Shown here piece after piece: positions 26,872 through 41,743 of a stretch of DNA of 64,000 nucleotides. A program made the translations under genes and the position numbers. Below the pieces are notes generated by a model that made no database searches, was not told where the DNA came from, and saw only the letters and a list, made by a program, of their open reading frames with translations. The stretch comes from an uncultured Acidobacteriota bacterium (lineage in GTDB: Bacteria; Acidobacteriota; Blastocatellia; RBC074). Every line of letters starts with the position of its first letter. Within the stretch, counting starts at the first letter, position 1. The stretch is from assembly GCA_963796275.1 (NCBI GenBank), contig CAWCKY010000003.1:448001-512000 (forward strand). Direction: 5' to 3'.

Positions 26872-27885
26872 TTAACCCGAGGTCGGGAAGACCTTAAAGT
26901 CGATACGCTTGTGGCATCTGTCGCAGGATCCCCCGCCGTTGTCTCCCGGCTCACCGCTGAATACCGTGCGACCGAAGTGCACGCGTCCGTCGTGGCAACT
27001 GAAACAACCACGCCCGCTGCGTTCTCCCGGATTGAGGTGCTGTTTGACCCTCACCGAAGTCGGAGTCGGCTGGTTAAATCCGCCTGAAATGGTATGACAC
27101 TCTTCACATCTGCCGGCTACGTACTCGACGTGCGCCTTGTGCGTAAACAGTGCGCCGAATGCGCGGCTGATGTACTTGAGGGAATATTCCTGAACGGTCT
27201 TCACGCTCTCCGTGTGGCAGCTCTTGCAATCGGATTTTTGACTGGCCTTCTGGTCGGGGCTCCCGGGAGAGTGGCAGATGAAGCATTCAGGATGCGATGG
27301 GATAGTCAGGAACGAAGGCTTCGCATCGTCTTTGTGGCAGAATCTGCAATCGGTCTTCGTGTTTGTATTGGGTAGATTGTAGGTGATGTGCAGCTCGTGT
27401 TGCTTGGCATCGAAGAAGGCATTGAAATCATACCGCCTCGGGAAGTCGCGCTGCGCGGGGCGCACCGGTAATCCGTTTAATAGTCCGCCCTCCGTCTGGT
27501 GACAGATCGTGCACGTCTGCTGGGGCGTCGCGGTGAATTGCGTAACGTGGCATTCGATGCAAGCTTTGTGACCGGGGAATTTCAGAAGGTATTTATTGTT
27601 GCGGTCGGTCGTCCCGACGATTACCTTGTCCAGTTCCGCCTTGGGAAGATTCTGATGGCACGAGTCGCATTTCAATATGCGAGCGGAGCTCGTTCCGGGC
27701 ACATTGATCGTCCCAAGGTGCGATTCGTGCGTGAAGCGTTCGTAATTTATCGGCTCTTTACGCGGTTGGGGATTCGGCTTCTGCTGGCCTTGCACTGAAA
27801 AAGTGCCGTACATAAAAGCCGAAAAAACCAGGCAACAGAGCACGAGAGCGATTTTGATTTTCTCGATCCACATCATATCGATCAC
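26872..27885 (-). CDS. Exported nonaheme cytochrome c (three tandem c7-like triheme modules)
   Basis: Signal peptide; nine CxxCH (CDSCH, CIECH, CTICH, CRFCH, CFICH, CKSCH, CEECH, CFSCH, CDRCH), each triad preceded by HxxH. Confidence 0.9.
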   Translation of the reverse strand: MIDMMWIEKIKIALVLCCLVFSAFMYGTFSVQGQQKPNPQPRKEPINYERFTHESHLGTINVPGTSSARILKCDSCHQNLPKAELDKVIVGTTDRNNKYLLKFPGHKACIECHVTQFTATPQQTCTICHQTEGGLLNGLPVRPAQRDFPRRYDFNAFFDAKQHELHITYNLPNTNTKTDCRFCHKDDAKPSFLTIPSHPECFICHSPGSPDQKASQKSDCKSCHTESVKTVQEYSLKYISRAFGALFTHKAHVEYVAGRCEECHTISGGFNQPTPTSVRVKQHLNPGERSGRGCFSCHDGRVHFGRTVFSGEPGDNGGGSCDRCHKRIDFKVFPTSG

Positions 27886-27999
27886 TATTTTCTGAAAAGC
27901 AAAAAAAGCAAAAACTACAAAAAAGGCAAAATTTCTTTGTCCTTTTTGCGAAATTTTGCCTTTTTTGTTTACTTCTATATTCGCGCGAAAGAGCTCACA

Positions 28000-30428
28000 T
28001 CAGCGGCGGGCCGCGATACGAACTTGATTTCGCTCATTCGATCCACGAATCATATCGAATAATTTGACCATTAGATCGAACCTGCGCGACGACGCAGGCC
28101 TTTGACGGTTATCTAATATCGCCATCTTTTCAACATGGCAACCGGCACATCTTGACGTGGGGGCCAGGCGGTCCGCATCCGGATTGGCATCGTAATAACG
28201 TTTATGACACTCGATGCAACCGGCAAGTGCGGCGGGGCCGTTGCCCGTGTTGTTCGGATTGCCATGATACCCCATCTCCACATCGATCTCTTCGCCCTCT
28301 GCATTCTTGGGATTTTCCGGATTGCCTTTCTCCATGATGGCAAAAAACGCAGTTGGGGACGTTCCCTGACGCCATATCTGCCTTCGTATCGTTATTCGAG
28401 TGATGGCAATCCTCGCAACTCTTGGAGTATTTAGGCTGGGTATGGTTCTGGTGATCGAAATTTTCGACCACCCCCCATTTTTCATCCAGTCCCCAATGAG
28501 GATTATCTTTCGAATCGCCCAAACGCGGCAACTTCGGCTCCATCTGCGCCATACCCTTGCTCGGGAATACCTTATAAACGATCCCGCGCACTGTCACCGT
28601 TCCACCTCCGCCAGTGGGAGCGGGAGCAGGCGCCGCTGACGGTAGGGGCGGGAGCAGGCGTCGGGGCCGGCTCCGGTTTTGGCGGCTCCGGCGGCGGGTC
28701 AGCCTTCGCTACCGTCTCTGTCGGGGCAGGTGCAGGTGCCGGCGCGGGAGTGACTGCCGGCTCCGGTTGCTTGGTCTCCGGAGCGGGTGTCGGCTCCGGT
28801 TGCTTGGTCTCCGGAGCGGGTGTCGGCTCCGGCTGCTTGGTCTCCGGAGCGGGTGTCGGTTCCGGGTCGTCGGAGCCGGTGTAGGCGCAGGTGTGGTATC
28901 CGGTTGCTTGGTCGTCGGCACGGGTGTAGGCGCGGGAGCCGGCTCCGGCTGCTTGGCTTCCGGTTCCGGCTCGGGATTCTTGGGCACCGGCACAACCGCG
29001 ACTACCGTCGGTTCGGGCGTTGGAACGGGCGCCGGGTCCTCCTTTTTAGGTTCCGGTTCTGGTTTCGTTTCGACTGCCGGAGTGGGCGCGGGCGCCGGAT
29101 CCGGCTTCTTAGGCGCCGGCGTCATATTCATCGCAAGCGTCGGCCCCGGCGTCGGTTTGGGCCCCGGTTTCTTATAGAAATGGTTGGCCGGCGGCAGCTC
29201 GACCACCCCTCTTGATTCGAATAACCTGATGGTCTGCAGCGAGTGGCAATAATTGCACTTCGCCGACTCGATCGTCACCGCGCCTCCGATCTTCTTCTCC
29301 ATCTCCTTCTGGTGACAAATGGCGCAGTTCTGAGCGGACGGCTGATTCTCCTTCGATTTGCGATCTTCAAGATAGAAATCCGAGAGCGTGACCGCCGTTT
29401 TACCCGTCACGTGACAGGCTATGCAGTAATTGTCCAGATTCTTGAAGGTCGGTTCCTCGTAGATGAGGTTTTTATCGTGCGTTTTATGACTATACGGCAG
29501 CGGCGCTTTCTCTCCCGGTTTAACCGGATCCAACTCATTGTTGGAGATCAGACGCGAAAACCAGAGAGGGGCAAATTCCGAGCCCTTCACCGGGCGCCCC
29601 AGTTTATTCAGGGGCATCCCCGTCGGCCGGTGGCAACCGGAACAGTTCGTCGCAAATGTATTCTTCAGGATCTGGTTTGTCTTTCTTCGGTGGTGGAACG
29701 ATCTTGGGATCGAAGTGACATATCCAGCATTCGGGATGAGAGGGAGCGCTCATCTTGACGCCGGGTTTAAATTCGATATTACCCACCGTTATCGGCGCCG
29801 GAGTCATTACGTGACAGGACATACACTCGAACTTACTTTTATCCAGACCCCTGTTCGCCTTCGCATCTTTCTTGGCGTCGTAAAACTTCATCTTGTCTTT
29901 CAAGGGCGTCGACGTGATGAATGAATCGTAATAACCCTCGTGCTCGCTGTGCGAGTAATAATCGTAGAACTGCGATATCCCACCGCCATCAGGATTGGTG
30001 AACCGGCGGAGGTTGGTCTTCATGTCCTGCTGATTGAAGGTGAGTGTGTCGTGGCAGATCGTGCACATCTTACGCTCAATCGCCGGACCCGTGAAGGCGT
30101 GACACTCAACGCATGCGGAATGGACTATTTCGGACTCCGATCCGTTCTTGTGGCTGGGATAGCCGATCGTTCCGATGTCGTGCCGGTCTTTCCCGAGTTT
30201 GTCCTTGACCGCGTCGCCGTGGCAATAAGCGCAGTCGAGATTATAGTTTTGATTTCTGATGATAAGGCTTTTGACCACACCCTCGTGCGATGAATGCTTG
30301 AACTTCGAATAGTCTACCTTGATAGCGCCGCGCTTCTTCTGCGCTACTACCTGGTTGACGAGCTCAGTACCACGCCAGAGAGCGAAAGCTAGAATAAGAA
30401 AAAAGAGTGTGATTATTCTTTTTGTCAT
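28000..30428 (-). CDS. Exported multiheme cytochrome c (13 CxxCH when reconstructed) with Pro-rich linker and four apparent frameshifts
   Basis: Fragments joined at ~29667, ~28866, ~28643 and ~28336. Motifs: CAYCH, CVECH, CTICH, CMSCH, CWICH, CSGCH, CIACH, CAICH, CNYCH, linker, CEDCHH, CVFCH, CIECH, CAGCH. Start MTKRIITLF at 30428. Confidence 0.75.
28758..28866 (-). repeat. About three copies of a 33-bp coding tandem repeat (PEPTPAPETKQ)
   Basis: CCGGAGCCGACACCCGCTCCGGAGACCAAGCAR repeated on the minus strand within the Pro-rich linker. Confidence 0.85.
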
Positions 30429-30564
30429 CGGCTGAATGGGGTGATAAACGGTTGAATTTAAGAATTTGAATTCAACACAAGACCGCAAAGACGCAAAGAG
30501 AGGTTTCTGAAATATCCCTGTACTCTTTGCGTCTTCACGTCTTGCTTTAGGTTCTTAATCGTTC

Positions 30565-30616
30565 ACTTTATCTTACTTTATCTTACTTTATCTAATCTTT
30601 ATCTTACCTTTATCTT
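30565..30616. repeat. 10-bp tandem repeat (ACTTTATCTT), about five copies, degenerating
   Basis: Seen directly between the heme-binding protein stop and the cytochrome start. Confidence 0.8.
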
Positions 30617-30634
30617 TTTGTGGCTGACTCGAAG

Positions 30635-33040
30635 TCAGGGCAGATTCGGTTGTGGCGGGAATCTGAGATAGGGCAATCGTACTGTCGCCCCACCCGGAAA
30701 AGTAATAACCACATTGTCCGATGTTATATTCGATGGCGCTTCGAATCCGCTGCTACCGCCTCTGCTGGTAAGGTCGTCCTGATCAATACCATCGCCGCTG
30801 ATACCGATCGCGCCTACCATCTGGCCACCTTTGAAGAGAACGGAGCTGCCCGCGAAGATCTGGATTCCATTAGCCGTTGTCGGGACGGCAGTACAGGGAA
30901 CCGAAGGATTGCCACCCAGCGCGTCTATCAAGTCCTGCGTCACCAGAGAAAGTTGCAAGCCATTGTTGAACGGGCTGAAGACATTGATCGGCCTCGAGAA
31001 CGGCCCCGGAGGAGCAGCGTCGATTCCGTCCGGGACGAATGGACGGGCCAGGAACCCCATTCCGCGTGAACTGAACATAATCGAACCATTGAGCGGGACA
31101 CCAAGCGCTAGTGCCGCATTGACGAATGGTGCGATGGGAATACCGGGGGTATCAGCCCCGAGCAATTGTTGTACCGCATTTGGGCTGCTGAACAAGACTG
31201 CTGTCCGCGCTTTCTGAGTGCTCACGTCGTCGCCGAACTCCGGCGCGTCAGAGGTCGCGGCTTTCCCGAGTATAGCGCCGTTATTATCGACAACCGTAAT
31301 ATTGATCTCAACGGCATCGACACCTACGCGGATGGCAGCGCGCATTCGACTGGCGGCCTGCGCGGCCTGCGCGAGCATGCGACTGACATCGCCCGCCGTC
31401 AATTGATTCGGCCCCGGCACGGTGCTGTTTATGGGCGGGAATCTGGGATCGAATTTCGCCGGCACGCCGCCGAGAATGATCGGTATATACCTTGAGGGCG
31501 GCGACGCGATCGGACCTATCAGGAACGTTCCATCCGCAGCGGTAACGGGCGGCGCCGGACTACCGCGCTGCGGAATGTTGGTGTATGGCAACAAGATTCC
31601 GTTAACTCTTACGTTATCGATGCGGAGAAATTGTGGCGTATCGAAACCTAATCCGGATGCGATCGCAACATCCTCCTCGAAAGGTTGATCGTTATCAGTA
31701 ACAACGGTATCGATGGTATAAAGCCCATTCGCTTCGAATGCGACACCACCCAGCGCCATACCATTCCTGAAAAGACCGACGCTTCCTGGATCACCCGAGA
31801 GACCTAACGGTAGAGTCCCACCGGCAGGCCTGGTATCCGAACACGGTAATTGTGAAAACTGGACGCCGAAGAGCGGCCCGCCTTCAAAATTAGGGATTCC
31901 GGGAGGAAAGTGCTCCTGGATGATCATACTGGCGGTTCTGGTGTTGATCGCGCTACCCGATGTGCTGAAGAAAGCGGCAGTGCCTGCTTTCGAGATCGCG
32001 GCCAGCATCGCGGGGACAGATAACCCCTCCAGGCCTCCTGCCGGCTTAAATGCGGTGATCGTTGTATTCGGGTTTGCGCCGTTCATCTGGAAAACGGCGA
32101 GCGTGACGCCTTCTCTGTTTACGACTGCGCATGTGCCAGGCGTACCCAGTTGCTTCCCTCTCTGCACGCACTGATTGATTATCGTTGTGACGTCATTGAG
32201 GCTGAGCAAGCTCGGGTTACCGGTGTTCTGACCGGCAATAAGTATCTGCGTGGTGTTGCTTATCTGTCCGTCGGCGACCACTGTGATGGTGGTCAACCCC
32301 GGCGACAGGGTATTGGGAATATTTACGTTGATCTGATCGTAAAAAGCCAGGCCCGTTGCACCAAACCAGGTTGCCGGAACCTCAACAGATCCGAACCTCA
32401 CGCTGACGCTCGCCGCGTTACGGAACCCTGTACCGTAAAGACCTAACATTAGCGGTCTCGACCACGGTGATCCCGGAACGATAGCTTTGGGCGAGCCGTC
32501 CGCATTCATGATGTCAGTGTAGAATCCGGCATCGAATGTGAAACCGAACGGTACTCCCTGCCCCATCGGATAGATGGCCGGCGCGGCCCGCACGATCTGC
32601 ACGCTCCCGGTCGATACAACTCCGTTTGCATTTGTAATGGTTATCTGTGCGGTTCCCAACGGGAGGTTGGATGGTATTATGAAATTGACTTGTGCCGGTG
32701 CGACGTAATAAATAGGCGCCAGCACATCGACGCCGCCGCTGGTCATCCGCAAGGTTGTTCCACCAAGCGTAGTGGGAAGTGGGTTAGTAGGCCCAACCAG
32801 GGTTTGCGTAGCAAGGTTCGTTCCGAAGGCTGCTGCATATGACCCGAGACCCACCGGAGCCGTATAGCTCACAGCATTGACTGCCACGACGTTGGTGCTT
32901 TGTACGGCGGCACTTACTGCTTTTTCGCCGATAATGACGTTCTTGCCTTTGAGTCGCGACACTACTATAAAAGTTATTAATAGGACTACTGCTATCGCAG
33001 TTATAGTTATGCGATTGATCAGCCTGTTTGGTGGACGCAT
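30635..33040 (-). CDS. Membrane-anchored protein: TIGR03437-like Ig domain plus two GlcG/HbpS-like (heme-binding family) domains
   Basis: N-terminal TM; VNAVSY..GTNLA..LPTTLGG..IYYVAPAQVNFIIP. GlcG-like motifs occur twice (AVVNREG..AISKAGTA..GSVGLFRNG; TVVDNNG..QKARTA..GSSVLFKGGQMVGAIGISGDGIDQDD). Confidence 0.78.
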   Translation of the reverse strand: MRPPNRLINRITITAIAVVLLITFIVVSRLKGKNVIIGEKAVSAAVQSTNVVAVNAVSYTAPVGLGSYAAAFGTNLATQTLVGPTNPLPTTLGGTTLRMTSGGVDVLAPIYYVAPAQVNFIIPSNLPLGTAQITITNANGVVSTGSVQIVRAAPAIYPMGQGVPFGFTFDAGFYTDIMNADGSPKAIVPGSPWSRPLMLGLYGTGFRNAASVSVRFGSVEVPATWFGATGLAFYDQINVNIPNTLSPGLTTITVVADGQISNTTQILIAGQNTGNPSLLSLNDVTTIINQCVQRGKQLGTPGTCAVVNREGVTLAVFQMNGANPNTTITAFKPAGGLEGLSVPAMLAAISKAGTAAFFSTSGSAINTRTASMIIQEHFPPGIPNFEGGPLFGVQFSQLPCSDTRPAGGTLPLGLSGDPGSVGLFRNGMALGGVAFEANGLYTIDTVVTDNDQPFEEDVAIASGLGFDTPQFLRIDNVRVNGILLPYTNIPQRGSPAPPVTAADGTFLIGPIASPPSRYIPIILGGVPAKFDPRFPPINSTVPGPNQLTAGDVSRMLAQAAQAASRMRAAIRVGVDAVEINITVVDNNGAILGKAATSDAPEFGDDVSTQKARTAVLFSSPNAVQQLLGADTPGIPIAPFVNAALALGVPLNGSIMFSSRGMGFLARPFVPDGIDAAPPGPFSRPINVFSPFNNGLQLSLVTQDLIDALGGNPSVPCTAVPTTANGIQIFAGSSVLFKGGQMVGAIGISGDGIDQDDLTSRGGSSGFEAPSNITSDNVVITFPGGATVRLPYLRFPPQPNLP

Positions 33041-33420
33041 CTTTTATATATCCTCTAGGAGTGTACGGGAGAAGATTGAAACTTCGGGGCTACAAATTCG
33101 GGGCTATTATGAAATTAAGGAAAACGATTGGCTTCCAGGGGAGAACGGCGGGACTATAGCCTTTTATTACGTATACCTGCAAGTGAAAAATCAGTAAACC
33201 TTTCTAATTAAAACTATAGGCAAACAAATATTGACTTCGTTTGTACAGCTATGTTATCAAGCCTATATCTTGAATGTGGGCCGCGGCATGTCTAGTGAAC
33301 ATGAATGCGGCTTAACGAGCCGATCTCATTCTAAACAGTTAAGTGCCCTCGAGATTGTCTTTGCTCACGTCACCGTCTGTCTATCGCCAGTTTCCCCTAG
33401 TTAGGCCCCCTATTTGAGGT

Positions 33421-33462
33421 CATTAATTGATGCTTCACTGTCAGAATGCCATTAATTGATGC
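33421..33462. promoter_or_regulatory. Two identical 13-bp near-palindromic sites (CATTAATTGATGC), candidate operator
   Basis: Copies at 33421 and 33450, just upstream of the GGAGG RBS of the barrel gene. Confidence 0.45.
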
Positions 33463-33482
33463 CAACTTTGTCGGAGGCGAAA

Positions 33483-35510
33483 GTGCGAAATTTCATTTTT
33501 TCTATAACTCTTTGTATGGTGCTTGGCGCGGCGAATGCCTTCGCGCAGCAGCAATTTACTAGTGATAAAGTAACCAGTGATAAAGTTACCAATGATAAGA
33601 AACGGATGCCGGATCAGTTGGCAGAGAAGATGGCGCAGCATTTGTCGGAGCAACTACCGCGACGACTGTCGGAACTTAAAATAAAGAAGATGCTCGGGGT
33701 GCTGGAAGCGGGGACGCAGTCTCCACAGCAGTCTCCGCAGCCTGTAGTGACGGGGACGGACGACAGGCGGCCCGTGTTGGTGTCCGAAGACGAACCGCTC
33801 GGAGCAGCGGGCAAGTCGAAGGATCGGCGTAAGCCCACACCGGAAGATGCCGACTTTATGGTGATCCAGGATCGCTGGCGCGTTGGAGTGCCGGAAGACC
33901 CGCGTTTTACTAATGGCAATATTTTTAATCCTTATCGTCAGAACGTGCTAAAGGGCGATTATCCGATCATCGGCAACAATATCTTCATGAACTTCGATCT
34001 GGTACTCGAGGGCGTTTTCAAGGCCGCCCAGCTACCGATCGGGCAGGCGGTCAGTTCAGCCAATCCGGGCAGTTTTGAATTCTTCGGGAGAGGGCGCAAT
34101 GATTCCATCGACGGGATAATGGTCTTCTCGTTCGACGTGTTTAAGGGAGATGCTTCGTTCAAGCCGGTCGATTGGAGATTTAAAGTAACTGGAATCGGAA
34201 ATTTCAATTTCGACAATTTCCGTGAAAACCAGGCCGCCAATATCGATGTGCGCGAAAGAATTTCGCGCCAGAAGAACTTCATTGCCGCCGAAGAGGCATT
34301 CGTTGAATATCGTCTCGGCGATACCACCAAGATATTCCCCTTCCTGCGCGGCAGAGGGAGTCAGGGCGGGCGCTCGCCGGAGTTCGATACGAGTTCGATT
34401 CGCCTCGGCGTCCAGCAATTCACGAGCGACTTCCGCGGATTCATCTTCAGCGATTCGAACCTCGGAGCGCGTATGTTCGGCAACATCGGATCGAACCGCT
34501 GGCAATACAACCTGGCTTACTTCAACCTGCTTGAAAAGGACACGAACAGCAAGTTGAATGCTCTCACGTTCAACGACACCGATTTTCGCAATCAGAACGT
34601 TTACATTGCGAACGTCTTCCGCCAGGACACTTTCGTGCTGGGATATACGACCCAGTTCAGTCTTCATTACAACGACGATCGTCCCAGCTTTAAGCTAGAT
34701 AATAACGGCTTCCAGGTACGGCCGGCGCCTCTCGGGTTGAACCCGCAGAATCGCGTGCGGGCCGGATATTTTGGATGGACGGGTGATGGACATTTCGGCC
34801 GGTACAATATTACGCATGCAATGTATCAGGCGATCGGGCGTGACACGTTCAACGGAGTTGCCAATCGCCCGGTTAGCATCAATGCCCAGATGGCGGCGGC
34901 GGAATTCTCGATCGATTTCGACTATATCCGCTACCGGGTCGCGGCTTTTTATGCATCCGGCGACCCGAACCCGACAGACGGCAGGGGCCGCGGCTTCGAT
35001 GCGATTCTCGACGCTCCGAATTTCGCGGGCGGCAAGTTCAGCTTCTTCAACCAGGAAGCCCTTCGTTTATTGCCGACTCCGCTTGCTATTAAAGACGAGC
35101 GAAGTCTGCTCCCGTCGCTGCGCACCAGCAAAATCCAGGGTCAATCGAATTTCGTCAATCCCGGTCTGACGCTTTACAACCTGGGAGTCGACGTAGATAT
35201 CACCCCGAAATTGCGAGGGTTCGCTAACTACAATTACATCCGTTTCAATGAGCCCGCGTCGCTTACGTCTTTACTCCAACGTGGCAATATCATCAGCAGA
35301 GATTTCGGCCACGATGTCGGTCTCGGGTTTATCTATCGACCGTTACTGAACGAAAACATCGTATTAACGGGTGGGGCCTCAACGCTGAGGGGCGGAAAAG
35401 GTTTCAACGCCCTCTTCACCTCGAATTGCGACGGTCCGCCGTTGCAATCTTGCGGTGCGTCGCAGCCGACGTTGTTCTCGACGTTTATGACAGCTCGATT
35501 CGTTTATTGA
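33483..35510 (+). CDS. Probable outer-membrane beta-barrel protein
   Basis: GGAGG then GTG 33483; Sec signal ending ANAFA-Q; many alternating aromatic beta-strand segments; C-terminus FSTFMTARFVY resembles a BamA beta-signal. Confidence 0.72.
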   Translation: MRNFIFSITLCMVLGAANAFAQQQFTSDKVTSDKVTNDKKRMPDQLAEKMAQHLSEQLPRRLSELKIKKMLGVLEAGTQSPQQSPQPVVTGTDDRRPVLVSEDEPLGAAGKSKDRRKPTPEDADFMVIQDRWRVGVPEDPRFTNGNIFNPYRQNVLKGDYPIIGNNIFMNFDLVLEGVFKAAQLPIGQAVSSANPGSFEFFGRGRNDSIDGIMVFSFDVFKGDASFKPVDWRFKVTGIGNFNFDNFRENQAANIDVRERISRQKNFIAAEEAFVEYRLGDTTKIFPFLRGRGSQGGRSPEFDTSSIRLGVQQFTSDFRGFIFSDSNLGARMFGNIGSNRWQYNLAYFNLLEKDTNSKLNALTFNDTDFRNQNVYIANVFRQDTFVLGYTTQFSLHYNDDRPSFKLDNNGFQVRPAPLGLNPQNRVRAGYFGWTGDGHFGRYNITHAMYQAIGRDTFNGVANRPVSINAQMAAAEFSIDFDYIRYRVAAFYASGDPNPTDGRGRGFDAILDAPNFAGGKFSFFNQEALRLLPTPLAIKDERSLLPSLRTSKIQGQSNFVNPGLTLYNLGVDVDITPKLRGFANYNYIRFNEPASLTSLLQRGNIISRDFGHDVGLGFIYRPLLNENIVLTGGASTLRGGKGFNALFTSNCDGPPLQSCGASQPTLFSTFMTARFVY

Positions 35511-35725
35511 TGCTGCTGATTTACAACCCATCTTGGGTTTAGTGGAGATCGAGTAACACGGGGAAAAATGGTGAGATCAGAGATACGCAAGAATAACGAT
35601 TGAATTTGTTTTTCTCCGTGTTCCCCGATGGGGGACTCCCCGGTTAAACGCTTTAGTTTACGAAATAAATTATAACAAACAAGCTCAGAGTATAAGAGCG
35701 ATAGCTCCTTATAAAGGTTGAAGCA

Positions 35726-39829
<4,104 letters not shown>

Positions 39830-39857
39830 TCCACCATAAAATAAAATAGGTACTCAG

Positions 39858-39918
39858 AGCGGTAGCGAGCGGGCCTCCGGAACTAGAAAAAGAAGGGGGC
39901 AAGTTCGCTACCGCTTTT
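39858..39918 (+). terminator. Inverted repeat followed by a T-tract downstream of the LVIVD cytochrome gene
   Basis: AGCGGTAGCGA...TCGCTACCGCT followed by TTTGTTTT. Confidence 0.6.
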
Positions 39919-39954
39919 GTTTTATTGACATTATGTTTGGTCGTTTAACGCCCA

Positions 39955-40360
39955 TGCCGAATCGCCGAGTAGCGGCAGGGTTGAGTTTAGGCTGGCGTTT
40001 CAGCCACGGCACCGGATCCATCGTCGCGTAACGACGGAGTGATTTTAGCTGCGGGTTTCAAGCGCATTGGAATCTAAACAAATTAGAACTCTCGCAAATC
40101 CACCAAACTACGGGAGGTTATACATAATAATTAGCCTTAGCTAGATTCATCGGGCTTTCCCGCAGGGCATATAGGCTAGTCCTTTGAGGACTGGTGGCTC
40201 AGGAGACCTAATCTCGAGGGCGCTTTAGTCATGGGTTTGTATATAAGTCGGTAGAGATGCCTTGCGTCCCGAATGGACGCTCGAATTTAGCCGGTGGTGG
40301 AGCGAAGTGTAACCACCGGTATAGATCAAATGAGAATTTGCGTCCCGGAGGGACGCCGGA
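39955..40360. repeat. Cluster of REP-like short palindromes
   Basis: GCGTCC-N5-GGACGC (40264), CCGGTGGT-N13-ACCACCGG (40291), GCGTCCC-N3-GGGACGC (40340), CGTCGCGTAACGACG (40022). Confidence 0.6.
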
Positions 40361-40493
40361 TCATCCGAATGCCTGAGGCTCAATAAATCTCACAATCTGC
40401 AACTGTATACTCGCCACCATTTGTCTGTGCGGCTATTTTCCGATCATTACCGCTCGCCGTACTGATCGTTCTCTGCTACTCTTTTCCATAGTT

Positions 40494-41495
40494 ATGAGCC
40501 TTCTCGAAGTACGTAACCTCAAGACATATTTCGCGACAAAACGGGGTGAGGCGCGCTCGGTTGATGACGTCTCATTCACGCTCGATCGTGGTGAGACGCT
40601 GAGCCTGGTAGGCGAATCTGGGTGCGGGAAATCGGTCACGGCGCTATCGATTATGCGGTTAGTCTCATCGCCCGGTCGCATAGTCGATGGTTCGGTGCTT
40701 TTCGAAGGGCGCGATCTGGTAAAACTCAGCGAAGACGAGATGCGCAGGATTCGGGGGGATGAGATCGCGATGATCTTTCAGGATCCCATGACGTCGCTCA
40801 ACCCGGTCTACACGGTCGGAGAGCAAATCGCCGAAGCGATACGCCTGCACCGCAGAGTTTCAAAGCGCGAGTCATGGAACCAGGCGATCGAGGGAATGCG
40901 GGATGTGGCAATTCCCGCGCCTGAGGTGCGCGCGAAAAACTATCCCCACGAGATGTCAGGTGGAATGCGCCAGCGGATAATGATCGCGATGGCGCTGGCA
41001 TGCGATCCGAAATTGTTGATAGCCGATGAACCGACGACTGCCCTCGATGTGACAATTCAGGCGCAGATTCTGGATTTACTGACCGAATTGCGCGAGAAGC
41101 GTAATCTGGCGCTACTGCTTATTACTCACGACCTGGGAATTGTCGCTGAAACTTCCGATCGTGTCGCTGTAATGTATGCGGGTAGGATCGTCGAATTGAC
41201 TCGGGTACGTGAACTGTTCAGGAATCCGCGCCATCCCTACACCGAAGGGTTGCTACGATCCGTTCCTCAGTTGGAGGAGCCGAATGGAGAGAAGAAACGG
41301 CGGCTGCATACGATCGAAGGCGTCGTGCCTAATCCTACGAACCTCCCCCCGGGATGCCGCTTCGCGCCGCGATGCGAGCATGCGCGGGAGAAGTGTAGGG
41401 AGGGTGAGATAAGATTGATTGAGATTGATTCGGGGCATTCAACGCGATGTATTCGAGTGAGTGAGATTTATCCTCAATTGCAAACCGCAAGTTAG
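40494..41495 (+). CDS. oppD: Oligopeptide/dipeptide ABC transporter ATP-binding subunit
   Basis: [39 protein letters not shown]-terminal GCRFAPRC. Confidence 0.92.
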   Translation: MSLLEVRNLKTYFATKRGEARSVDDVSFTLDRGETLSLVGESGCGKSVTALSIMRLVSSPGRIVDGSVLFEGRDLVKLSEDEMRRIRGDEIAMIFQDPMTSLNPVYTVGEQIAEAIRLHRRVSKRESWNQAIEGMRDVAIPAPEVRAKNYPHEMSGGMRQRIMIAMALACDPKLLIADEPTTALDVTIQAQILDLLTELREKRNLALLLITHDLGIVAETSDRVAVMYAGRIVELTRVRELFRNPRHPYTEGLLRSVPQLEEPNGEKKRRLHTIEGVVPNPTNLPPGCRFAPRCEHAREKCREGEIRLIEIDSGHSTRCIRVSEIYPQLQTAS

Positions 41496-41743
41496 TTCTC
41501 TCATGCTTCCTCCCCCACCTTGAAGCTGGCAACAGAGATACAGAGAAGAGAAGTGGGCGCGCGCTGTTGCCGCAAGCGCGATTTTTCGAATTTTAGCAGC
41601 ACGACTATTCATGAGTGGGAGGCGAAAATTGTTTCCTTTTTTCGATCGTTCTCCTACAATAAATGCTTGCCAACTCAAAATCTCTGTGGTCTCAATTAGG
41701 CCGTAAGCAGTTTCTATCCACCTCGCCACCGGAGGATGTACTC

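Noticed and set aside
28758-28866. 33-bp repeats as a possible CRISPR array
   Set aside because: Head-to-tail with no unique spacers, in frame within a Pro-rich linker, and no cas genes nearby.
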